The notes beneath the pieces are model-generated. The model worked only from the letters and a program-made list of their open reading frames with translations. It ran no database searches and was not told where the DNA came from. Source: an uncultured archaeon (GTDB lineage Archaea; Asgardarchaeota; Lokiarchaeia; Sigyniarchaeales; SOKP01). Taken from it: a DNA stretch of 25,698 nt. The stretch is from positions 1 to 25,698 of the forward strand of contig CAYLZE010000072.1 of NCBI GenBank assembly GCA_964388035.1. Direction: 5' to 3'. The first letter of the stretch is position 1. Every line of letters begins with the position of its first letter. The translations under genes were made by a program, and so were the position numbers. Shown one piece after another: positions 17,901 through 25,698 of this stretch.

Positions 17901-18470
17901 GAATTGTCTAACATTATCCGATACAAATTCTACCGGCCATCCTTCAGCATTTTTCCATAAGAACACCACCGCAGGACTTTCACTCAAAATATTCTCTAAT
18001 TCTGCTTCCCGACTCGATAGTCGCTTTACTTTTTCCTCCCCTTTTTCATTTAAACTTGAACCTATACCTCCTTCTGGAGACTCCTTAAAAATTTCACTAG
18101 ATGGAGAAATATTATGTCCAATACCAAGAAACACCTTCAAATCGCCATGAGTTTCGAGGGGGATAACGTTATATTTCATGGGAATTAATTTCCCTTCTTT
18201 ATCTTTTAAGGAGAGATGAAGAAATTTGGTTATAGTTCCCTTTTCTTTATACTCATCAATGAAAGAAGAATATTTTTGGCGATCACTATGAACCAGAAAA
18301 TCAGAAAGAGTATGACCTATAATTTCTTTTCGAGAATATCCCAGTAATTTAGTACTTATCTTATTCAAATCTAAAATCATTCCCCCATGATCATGGAGAA
18401 TCAGAAAATCTAAAGAATAGTCAAATAGCGCACTATATCTATTGCGAATTTCTAATGTGTGATCAACCAT
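14991..18470 (-). CDS. Cytoplasmic sensor histidine kinase with seven PAS domains
   Basis: Seven PAS/PAC units, most ending in D(I/T/M)(T/S)xxK; H-box FAHDMNNILQ, N-box FENILINSIKH, G1 ADNGNGI and G2 GLGLGL; no TM segment. Confidence 0.95.
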   Translation of the reverse strand: MVDHTLEIRNRYSALFDYSLDFLILHDHGGMILDLNKISTKLLGYSRKEIIGHTLSDFLVHSDRQKYSSFIDEYKEKGTITKFLHLSLKDKEGKLIPMKYNVIPLETHGDLKVFLGIGHNISPSSEIFKESPEGGIGSSLNEKGEEKVKRLSSREAELENILSESPAVVFLWKNAEGWPVEFVSDNVRQFGYEPEDFYSQKYFYEDVIHLEDRERIKAEILQYSQQEVKEFTQEYRIYAKDGIIRWVEDHTWIRRNEEGLITHYQGIILDISERKLIHQNLKESEEKFRSVAEQSIMGIFISQDNEFKYVNQKFTDITGYSIEELMNWNKKDIARLIHPDNRDYVLEQWTKKQRGDEDVVKNYQFRGVKKNGDIFWADMYSHTIVYNGKPADLGIFIDITGRKSTEDRLKESELTFNSLAENIHDGLTIIENNNIIFLNDRIVEITGYSREELKGMTEFDLVVPEDKKKLEGSYDKVWKSNTARKELGFWILTKGGQYCFITNRYTHLKKDEDTVITFILTTDTTERKISEKLLKESEEKYRDLFENAPFSIILYDLRGNVVDANSSTVKKFRYERQELIGKHFTQFSTFSKDLLPEVRTRFKRLLQGERLEPSEFNIVTKEGKKLIVLSQISRVKLGGKDYLQGFIQDITATKEAEQKLKESEEMFRNIAEQSFMGISIIQDNIIKYANQALLDIFGYIFEEIKNWKPLEYLNLFPPGDKEFVQNQERIKQLNYDMSIHDYIIRFIRKSGTLGWANLYSKGIEYQKRPAALVIFIDISDRKEAEEKLKESEKNFKRMAENIQDGLMMIENDSVVFVNKKICQITEYSAEELELMDLSDFVASDGKKRIMEATSEFIIDNDASFKELEYWIKTKNGNRRYINNRYTKLTKNDGSQLIFILTTDMTERKNTEKLLKESELKYRNAYERENFYKDLFAHDMNNILQGILIALELSLLQLPDSDKSLEPKEMLREMKRQVDRGTSLINNVTKFSELDESEKKLEPINVSKTLKEAITIIKKGYFEKEIKIQLDLESEDLPVLADDFLIDVFENILINSIKHNDNSEIQIEIKASFILQLGSKAIKIEFADNGNGIPDAKKQSIFIRGVKEDRSVSGLGLGLSLVKKILDIYGATISVENKVPQDHTQGTKFIIIFPEVEKSG

Positions 18471-18941
18471 GGGTAACGAACCCCGTTTAATTTCTAAGGT
18501 GATTTAACTTGACGAATATACATGAATTAATTGAACATGTATTCAAGATGTTGTTTCTATTAATTTATATCCCTAATAATTTAAAAAAATTAAAATCTTT
18601 GGAAAATGTGTAAAGCATTGATTCATAATTAAATCACGCCTTTAGAATAATAAAGACTATTTTAAACCTTACCCCATGCCACAAAAAAGGCAATCATGAA
18701 ATAGAGTAAAATTTAAAGCAAAACCGTTAAAAAAAGAAAAGATGACCGATGTTAATAATAAGAAAAAATGCATTATCATCTCCTACCAAAAAAGAAAAGA
18801 TTAGACCCTAATTAATTTTAAAATGTCAAAGAACAGATTACTTAATTCGAAATAAAAACAATTTTTTTAAACAATCTCCTATTACTTTAAATATAAAAAT
18901 CATTATAATCAAAACTAGTAAAACAGAGGAAATAGATTAGG

Positions 18942-19478
18942 ATGGCCAGGCCATATCAAAAAGCAAACATTCCCGGCCCAGAAATGGGCGTTTCCGTTTA
19001 CGATCCTGCTGTAATGGCAAATATCTTAAAAGCACCTAAGAAAAAAGTATTTGTCATCGGCTCGGAAGCTCTTAGTAAGAATTTCACGATAGACGGAAAA
19101 GTTGTCATGGATTATTACGTTGAAATTGCTAAGAAATTAAATTGCCACGTGGTTTCCACCGGACACTCATATAAATATTTAAAAGATAAAATCCCCAATG
19201 AATCCTTGTTTGACATGTCTCTCATCAATATTACCAATAGGTTGTCAGATAAAGATTGGAAAGGATTAGATGGAGGCGGTCAATACAGCATGGCGATTTT
19301 TGGTGGACATCAAGTATTTTATGTGAGTCAAACATTAAGTCGACTGAAGAACTTTACTAATTGGCTGAAAACTATCGATTTAGATAAATATTCTCATCCT
19401 AACGCTCGCTTTAGTCTGCCAAACTTAAGCAATGAGGATTGGAAACAATTTTTAGAAAAATTAATCGAAAATTTATAA
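18942..19478 (+). CDS. cdhB: CO dehydrogenase/acetyl-CoA synthase complex subunit epsilon
   Basis: ANIPGP, ANILK...VFVIGS, WKGLDGGGQY, SQTLSRLKNF and IDLDKYSHPNARFSLPNL; adjacent to cdhC. Confidence 0.9.
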   Translation: MARPYQKANIPGPEMGVSVYDPAVMANILKAPKKKVFVIGSEALSKNFTIDGKVVMDYYVEIAKKLNCHVVSTGHSYKYLKDKIPNESLFDMSLINITNRLSDKDWKGLDGGGQYSMAIFGGHQVFYVSQTLSRLKNFTNWLKTIDLDKYSHPNARFSLPNLSNEDWKQFLEKLIENL

Positions 19479-19528
19479 ATTATAATTAAATTGAGGAAAT
19501 AACTAAAAAAGAAGAGGAGTAATGAGTT

Positions 19529-20929
19529 ATGAGTTTTTCAGATATGCCTGTTGATGTAGGCCCCGTTTATGAAGGAGAAAGAATCCGAAGCAATCAGATG
19601 TACGTGGAACTTGGTGGTCCAAAAATAGACAAGCATTTCGAATTAGTTAAAGTGCGAGATGCCAAAAGCATTAAGGATGGACAAGTAACGCTTATAGGAC
19701 CTGATCTCAAGGACATGGAAGAAGGTTCCAGGTATCCCATTGGAATTTTGGTAGAAGTAGCCGGCGAGTTATTAGAAGAAGATCTTGAAGCCGTATTCGA
19801 ACGAAGGATTCACGAGTTCTGCAATTTCGTGAATGGCGTCATGCACCTTAACCAGAGGTACACGAATTGGATGCGCGTGTCAAAAGCGGCCGTGGAAAAG
19901 GGTTTTAACTCATTTCAAATGTTAGGAACGATTTTAATCCGGCTTTTCAAGGCAGAGTTGCCCATTATCAAACAAGCGCAAGTTACAATCATAACAGACG
20001 CCAAGGAAATGGAGGAACCCTATGAAATGGCGATGGAAACATACACGAAAAGAGATGCAAGAGCGCGAGGACTACACGATGAGGATGTCGAGATGTTTTA
20101 TGGATGCGTTCTTTGCCAATCTTTTGCTCCTACGCATGTTTGTTGTATTACCCCCGATAGAACCTCATTATGCGGTTCTATTAACTGGTTTGATGCGCGA
20201 GCGGCTGCAAAAGTAGATCCAAAAGGGCCTATTTTTGAGATTCCCCCGGGTGAGTGTTTAAACCTTAAAGCCGGGGAATACACGGGAATTAATGAAACCA
20301 TGAAAAAGCGATCTTTAGGAGAAATTAATCGGGTATACCTTTATTCCGGGATGGAATTTCCCCACACGTCATGCGGGTGTTTTGAAGCCATTGATTTCTT
20401 CATTCCTGAAGTAGGCGGCTATGGAATCATTGATCGTGGACACGATGGTGTTGCAATTAACGGGCTTCCCTTCAGCGCAATGGCAAATCAAACTGGAGGT
20501 GGAAAACAGATGCCGGGATTTAATGGAATTAGCATTCAATACATAATGTCTCCCAAGTTCCAACAATATGATGGGGGTATTGCTGATGTTGTTTGGATGG
20601 GTAAATCGGTTAAAGACAGAGTGAATGACTTTTTACCCGCAGATATTAGAGACAAGATCGCTACGGAAGAGGAAGTTAATGATATCAACGCGCTAAAGCA
20701 GTGGCTAATTGATAACCAACATCCCATCGTTCAAACGTGGGAAGAAGAGGAAGAAGAAGAGGAAGAAGAAGAGGAAGTGGGTGGTGCCATGATCCCGATG
20801 GGTACCCAAGCATTTACGGTACCGGGGGCAGGCGGCGCGGGAGGTTTCAAGATCATCTTAAAGAACTGCAAGATTCACGCTGAAAGCATCATCATCAAGA
20901 GGCTCGAATCTAAAGGCAAGAAGAAGTAA
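19529..20929 (+). CDS. cdhC: Acetyl-CoA synthase, CODH/ACS complex subunit beta (archaeal type)
   Basis: PVDVGPVYEGERIR, ERRIH, A-cluster ligands FYGCVLCQSFAPTHVC...LCG and PHTSCGCFE, acidic linker and KIILKN C-terminal domain. Confidence 0.97.
   Translation: MSFSDMPVDVGPVYEGERIRSNQMYVELGGPKIDKHFELVKVRDAKSIKDGQVTLIGPDLKDMEEGSRYPIGILVEVAGELLEEDLEAVFERRIHEFCNFVNGVMHLNQRYTNWMRVSKAAVEKGFNSFQMLGTILIRLFKAELPIIKQAQVTIITDAKEMEEPYEMAMETYTKRDARARGLHDEDVEMFYGCVLCQSFAPTHVCCITPDRTSLCGSINWFDARAAAKVDPKGPIFEIPPGECLNLKAGEYTGINETMKKRSLGEINRVYLYSGMEFPHTSCGCFEAIDFFIPEVGGYGIIDRGHDGVAINGLPFSAMANQTGGGKQMPGFNGISIQYIMSPKFQQYDGGIADVVWMGKSVKDRVNDFLPADIRDKIATEEEVNDINALKQWLIDNQHPIVQTWEEEEEEEEEEEEVGGAMIPMGTQAFTVPGAGGAGGFKIILKNCKIHAESIIIKRLESKGKKK
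20741..20776 (+). repeat. (GAAGAAGAGGAA)x3 tandem repeat encoding 12 Glu in the CdhC linker
   Basis: Perfect 12-bp unit repeated three times, read directly. Confidence 0.85.
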
Positions 20930-20935
20930 AAGAAT

Positions 20936-20980
20936 TTTTAATTTCTATTTTTTATTTTTTTGATTTTCTTATTTATTTCT
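20936..20980 (+). terminator. T-rich terminator region after cdhC
   Basis: Multiple T runs after the stop codon, convergent with lysA. Confidence 0.45.
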
Positions 20981-21038
20981 ACATGAACTCATTCATTTAA
21001 ATTTCAAAGTAGGAAAAATGTCGGGATAAAAAGGGAGT

Positions 21039-22370
21039 TTATTCTAAATATTTCGGTATGACTTCATTGTGCATTAAATCCTCGTAACTTTCTGCTTTAC
21101 GCACGATGTACGTCTTTCCTTGATTAATTAAGATTTCCGCGGGTCTTGGTCGGGAATTGTATTGGCTGCTCATTACAAAACCATAAGCCCCCGCATCTAG
21201 AATGGCCAGATAATCTCCTTCTGAAAGCAAGGGAAGTTCTCTGTCCCTTCCTAAAACATCCCCGGACTCGCAAATGGGTCCTGTAATATCATAGATCTTG
21301 GTACCCTGTATTTCCGATTTGGCACAGGGAATGATGTGATGATAAGAGCCATACATGGTGGGCCGTACCAAGGTATTGAAGCCCGCATCCACTCCTGCGA
21401 ACATTTTATACCCGTTATCTTTTATGGTATTAATTTCTACTATCAGAATACTGGCTTCCGCCGATAAATAACGTCCCGGTTCAATTTTAAACTTTGGAGG
21501 TGCTATATTCATGGAGGTAATGAATTGTTTAAAAGGTTTAATGACAGAATCCTTATATAGAGTTAAATCGAGCGGGTCTTCTTCGGGTCGGTAAGGAATC
21601 CCTAACCCTCCTCCAAAATCCACGAAATCAAACGTGACATTCAATTCTTCAACAAGCTGTTTAATAAAGGAGAGAAATTTGATTGCTGCTTTTTCGTAAT
21701 CCATTGCATTGATAATACCGGAGCCAATATGCATGTGAATGCCGAATTTAGTAAATCCTTCTTTTTTAGCCATGGAATAGGCTTCGAGTACTTGATCATC
21801 AAGAATACCAAATTTAATGTTTTTTCCCGCCGTAATCGTATGCACGTGATGTCCCGCGCCAAATTCCGGATTGATTCGAAAGGATATCACCTGATAGTTC
21901 GAAGCGGGAATATTGTTCTTTTCATACGCTTTCACTAATCTTTTTAACTGGCTGATACTATCTAAATTCACGATAATACCGTGTTTAACAGCGAAATCGA
22001 AATCCACATTTGTAAACATGTTCCCGGTAAAAATGATTTTTTCGGGGGAGATGCCCGCTTTCATGCAGGTCAGGATTTCTCCTTTTGAAGTACAATCAAA
22101 GTGCGAGCCCTCAGAAGCTAAAATTTTTAGAAATGCTAAATTTGAATTAGCTTTTACAGCAAAATGGATAGTATTATTCTCATATTCGGAATTTAGCATG
22201 GTTTTTAATTCTTTATACCTTTTTCTCGCTAATTGTTCATTAATCACGTAAAGAGGGGTTCCAAAGGTTCCAGCCAGCTCAACCGTGCTCATTCCAGCAA
22301 AAAATAATACTTCATCTTTATATTCCAAATCCTTTCTCTTTAACCACTCTTCATATATCACGAGCATCAA
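21039..22370 (-). CDS. lysA: Diaminopimelate decarboxylase (exact start uncertain)
   Basis: FGTPLYV, PLP lysine FAVKANSN, KFG, HMHIGS, DFGGGLG, IEPGRY, GPICESGD and GAYG...YNSRPRPAE. Confidence 0.95.
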   Translation of the reverse strand: MMLVIYEEWLKRKDLEYKDEVLFFAGMSTVELAGTFGTPLYVINEQLARKRYKELKTMLNSEYENNTIHFAVKANSNLAFLKILASEGSHFDCTSKGEILTCMKAGISPEKIIFTGNMFTNVDFDFAVKHGIIVNLDSISQLKRLVKAYEKNNIPASNYQVISFRINPEFGAGHHVHTITAGKNIKFGILDDQVLEAYSMAKKEGFTKFGIHMHIGSGIINAMDYEKAAIKFLSFIKQLVEELNVTFDFVDFGGGLGIPYRPEEDPLDLTLYKDSVIKPFKQFITSMNIAPPKFKIEPGRYLSAEASILIVEINTIKDNGYKMFAGVDAGFNTLVRPTMYGSYHHIIPCAKSEIQGTKIYDITGPICESGDVLGRDRELPLLSEGDYLAILDAGAYGFVMSSQYNSRPRPAEILINQGKTYIVRKAESYEDLMHNEVIPKYLE

Positions 22371-22558
22371 CTTTAATTATTATAAGGAAAATAATAAATG
22401 ATATCCAATTTATTTGAAATAGTATTTAATAAGTAATTATTTTTGTTATTCCAATCAAAGGAAAAGATCAAATGGATTAATATTATAGATTCATGATAGG
22501 TCCCGAAATAAATGCTTTTGCAAACAAAAAGAAAATTAAAAAATTTTTAAAAAGAGAT

Positions 22559-23290
22559 TTATTCCCTAATTAAAATTCTCGCTATTCTCTCGGGCAGTAT
22601 CCATCCTATATATGACAATACCGAAGCCAACATCAAAATTGTTCTCGTTATGATGAGTGTAATGGGGGTCAACGAAACAACGGAGTCAAGAATCGCCCCA
22701 ATTACATATATAGACAATGCCATGAAAATAATCTTGCCTTTCCATCTCACGCGAGGATCTTCGGAAAGGAGTGAATTCTTCATGAATAAAAAATTAGTGA
22801 TCAAGGAAATTGCAAGCGTTATCAAAACAAAGCTGGATACAAAGAGCTGAGTTTCGCTATCAAGCTCGCTTACCCTTATTGCCAAGAGGGAAGGACTAAT
22901 GTTTAATAGATAGAAAAAGATTATTAGATACACGAGATTAAAAGCTAAATACACGAAAAAAATTTTCCGCCTGGCATGGGGATAGACTAATAGCCCAAAG
23001 GAATACATCCAGAGGAGACTTGTTATGGGAATTAATCCATAACTAATAACTATATATGCTGTATCTGAAAGATTTACATTAAAGAACAATAAAGACAAGA
23101 ACGAGAGCCCAGAGCCCCACCAAGGAGAAGTAAGAAAAACCAACATGAATCCAATGGTGATCAATTCAATTCTCTTAAAAGTATAGTATTTCGAGACGAT
23201 TCGCAATCCTAAAATGAAATTTAGCGTCAATTGTGTAATTCCTATAAATCCTTGAAATAATTCGAAGGACGTAAAGCTCTCAATTCCCAT
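22559..23290 (-). CDS. Stand-alone seven-transmembrane protein of unknown function
   Basis: Seven hydrophobic segments by eye; GGTGA RBS; no soluble domain. Confidence 0.8.
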   Translation of the reverse strand: MGIESFTSFELFQGFIGITQLTLNFILGLRIVSKYYTFKRIELITIGFMLVFLTSPWWGSGLSFLSLLFFNVNLSDTAYIVISYGLIPITSLLWMYSFGLLVYPHARRKIFFVYLAFNLVYLIIFFYLLNISPSLLAIRVSELDSETQLFVSSFVLITLAISLITNFLFMKNSLLSEDPRVRWKGKIIFMALSIYVIGAILDSVVSLTPITLIITRTILMLASVLSYIGWILPERIARILIRE

Positions 23291-23554
23291 TCAATTAATC
23301 ACCTAACATGTAATTCTCCTCTTATATTAAAGTAAAGTTATATTAATTTAAATATTTCTATTGAATTAAAAGGGGGGGAGAATTTTTGATTTTTAAGGAA
23401 TTCTCTACAATGCCCGATTTAGATTAACTTTTCTTAAAAGTTTAAGTTGTTATTAAAAGGATTTAAATGTTATGCAGATATGAATTTAAAATGAGTTTAC
23501 TTCTTTCTAGCACACGAAAGTTAACTTTTTTAATGAGAGCATCTAAATGCAATT

Positions 23555-25162
23555 ATGAACCTAAAATCAGCGATTAAAAACCATAAATTCTTTTTTTTCA
23601 CGAGTTGCTGCTTTATAGTTTGGTTCGGAATCCTCGCGATTATTTCCTTAATTGCCGTAAGAACAATAATATTTTATGATGCGAGATATCAAACAGACGT
23701 GAGTTCCCAATTTTCTTCCACGCTACCTATTGGACGCTATTTGCTGGAACCTTTTTATGGAATTCCTTTCATTTTAGAAACAAATATGGAATATCTTATC
23801 GGCTTCACATTGGTGTTTATCGTTTTCCGAGTAATCTATTTATTGTTAAAAAGAAGGGGGTTAGTATTTCCTGAAAGATTTGTACTTGCCAATTATCTTC
23901 TCAAAGATTTCCTGAGATCCTCCTTTATCATCATGGGTACAATGGTTCTAATTGTTTTTATAGCTATAGGGATTGGGTATTTTGTAGCAGGGTTCTTTTT
24001 CATCAATAGATATTGGAACCAAATCCTTCCCATCGGAATCTATGCCAGTGTGATATTGATTATAACCAGAACAATATATCTCATATTTTCAGTATTTCGC
24101 CCTAATTATAAATTCAATTATTCGAAAAAAAAGCGATACCAACCACCTTTAAAAAATAAAAATTTAATAAAAAATTGGAGATTCGTGCGAAAAGAATCAG
24201 TATATTTAATTGGTACCATGCTACTTTTAGTCGAAGCTCATATATTCTTGATGTATACCCGCTTTCCAAATCATAGAATCGAAACTAATTTGGAAGAGAA
24301 TGAATTTTTGTTCGATTTTCACGTGCATACGATAATGTCGGATGGATGGTTAACACCGGAAGCTAGAGTTCAGTGGTATATAGAACAAGGGGTTTCGGGG
24401 GCAGCTTTTTCCGATCACGATAATATTCGCGGAGCCACTATTGCTAGCGAGTATGCTGCTCGCAATAATTTGGATTTTACTGTCTGGATTGCGGAAGAAT
24501 GGACCGATCATGAACACGACATTCACATGAATATTTTTGGGCTTTCAGAAGAAATTGTCCCATTAGAATCTCAAGTTGAGGGGGGACCTCTCGCGTTAAA
24601 CGCCTCAGATATGATAAAATATGTAAAGAATAAAGGAGGTTATGTAACGGTAAACCATTATAATGATCAAGAAAACATAAATGGAGGCATAGGAGTACCA
24701 TATACTTACGAACAATTGCGTGATTGGGGCGTGGATGGATTTGAAATAGTCAATGGACCTACCGTGCAAGAAGATGAAATTCGTCAGTTTTGCTTGAAAA
24801 ATAATTTAATATGCATGGGAGGGTCTGATACTCATACTAATGAAGATATAACTACTTTAGTCAAATTAAAACTGGAAAATCCCCAAGATAAATCTCTTGA
24901 TAATATTTTCAAGAATTTGAGAAAAAATACTCATGAAGTGATTGCGATTCAATTGTACCCCAATAAAGTCAATTTTCCCAATATAGCTGACGACATTGGA
25001 GGAAATGTGATTCAAGGTTTCTTCGAATATATCATAAATTTGAGTGTCTTTCAAATATTTTCTTGGATGGGGTGGTCTTTGATATCTTATTTAGTCGTTG
25101 TCATGAGTTATAAAAGGCTATTAAAAGTCGATTTAAATCATTTAAGAGAAAAATTCAAATGA
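23555..25162 (+). CDS. Membrane-anchored PHP-domain metallo-phosphoesterase
   Basis: About 5 N-terminal TM helices, PHP motifs DFHVHT..SDG, SDHD, EEW, HMN, VNH, GFE and GGSDTH, then one C-terminal TM helix. Confidence 0.85.
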   Translation: MNLKSAIKNHKFFFFTSCCFIVWFGILAIISLIAVRTIIFYDARYQTDVSSQFSSTLPIGRYLLEPFYGIPFILETNMEYLIGFTLVFIVFRVIYLLLKRRGLVFPERFVLANYLLKDFLRSSFIIMGTMVLIVFIAIGIGYFVAGFFFINRYWNQILPIGIYASVILIITRTIYLIFSVFRPNYKFNYSKKKRYQPPLKNKNLIKNWRFVRKESVYLIGTMLLLVEAHIFLMYTRFPNHRIETNLEENEFLFDFHVHTIMSDGWLTPEARVQWYIEQGVSGAAFSDHDNIRGATIASEYAARNNLDFTVWIAEEWTDHEHDIHMNIFGLSEEIVPLESQVEGGPLALNASDMIKYVKNKGGYVTVNHYNDQENINGGIGVPYTYEQLRDWGVDGFEIVNGPTVQEDEIRQFCLKNNLICMGGSDTHTNEDITTLVKLKLENPQDKSLDNIFKNLRKNTHEVIAIQLYPNKVNFPNIADDIGGNVIQGFFEYIINLSVFQIFSWMGWSLISYLVVVMSYKRLLKVDLNHLREKFK

Positions 25163-25307
25163 TCGATCGATTCCTTTTTATATTAAGAATCTTAGCCGTG
25201 ATACTGATTATTTAGATTATAGCTTACAATTACTATCAAACGGTAAAATAGAAGAATCCTAAAATGGGGTTTATTACAAATTTTAACTTGACAAATGAGA
25301 ATAAAAT

Positions 25308-25698
25308 TTATATATAATACCCTGTAGTGTCTTCCCTATAATTATCGTCCCCTTCATCATTATCGTCATCATCGTCATTATCATCATCATTTATCAATCT
25401 TTTATAAATGTTTTTCATGAATTTTTCGATATCTCCATCAAAGTCCTTTAAATCACGGGGATCAATCCGTATAATTCCTCCTTTTTTCAAGGGAATAACA
25501 TTTCCTTTAAATTTATTATCGTTCCGTTCTGTCTCTCTCTTAATCTGTTCTAATTCTTTTTTCATCAATTCGCTTAATTCATCAGCAACGAGTTGTTCTA
25601 ATTCATGAGGTTCCAATTCTAAAAGTACTTCCGTCGTGTATTCTTTCGTAAGTCGCTTGATTGCTTTTTCCTTCTTATCTTCGGGGATTTGATCTATT
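25308..25698 (-). CDS. Hypothetical protein, 5' end outside the window, Asp-rich tail ending in GYYI
   Basis: The frame stays open beyond the track start to the window edge (IDQIPEDKKEKAIKRLTKEYTTEVLLELEPHE...). Confidence 0.75.
   Translation of the reverse strand, partial: IDQIPEDKKEKAIKRLTKEYTTEVLLELEPHELEQLVADELSELMKKELEQIKRETERNDNKFKGNVIPLKKGGIIRIDPRDLKDFDGDIEKFMKNIYKRLINDDDNDDDDDNDEGDDNYREDTTGYYI

Noticed and set aside
20741-20776. Poly-Glu tract as a novel feature
   Set aside because: An acidic linker before the C-terminal domain is a known trait of archaeal CdhC; kept only as a repeat annotation.
22559-23290. Microbial rhodopsin or heliorhodopsin
   Set aside because: No retinal-binding Lys in the seventh helix.
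25162-25171. ATCGATCGAT palindrome at the PHP gene stop
   Set aside because: Short single GATC-based repeat with no supporting context.
1-25698. CRISPR array, IS element, rRNA or tRNA
   Set aside because: No regularly spaced direct repeats, transposase ORF, terminal inverted repeats or extended GC-rich structural RNA segment was seen.

Overview
AT-rich archaeal chromosomal window, most consistent with an Asgard archaeon of the Lokiarchaeia/Promethearchaeota type. This assignment is an inference from Alba, archaeal CdhB/CdhC, a multi-PAS kinase with a stand-alone receiver, duplicated crotonases and GPH transporters, and a stand-alone 7TM protein. The left half holds a long-chain acyl-CoA ligase (partial, absent from the ORF track), a divergent GH29 glycosidase, a small J-domain protein, an orphan N6-adenine methyltransferase fused to a specificity (TRD) domain, a DUF998-like membrane protein, two tandem MFS/GPH transporters plus an unannotated 5' stub of a third, a decayed VapBC toxin-antitoxin pair, and two crotonase paralogs flanking a nitrilase-family hydrolase. 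The right half holds alba, a CooT-like Ni protein, a receiver protein and a 7-PAS histidine kinase divergent from cdhB-cdhC, then lysA, a 7TM protein, a membrane-anchored PHP hydrolase, and the 3' part of an acidic-tailed protein ending in a HbYX-like motif. I saw no rRNA, tRNA, CRISPR array or transposase. The best candidates for new biology are the cooT-RR-HK / cdhBC divergon, the nuclease-less MTase-TRD, the HbYX-tailed protein and the atypical crotonase-nitrilase unit with a symmetric bidirectional promoter. All of these are hypotheses from reading the sequence; no searches were run.
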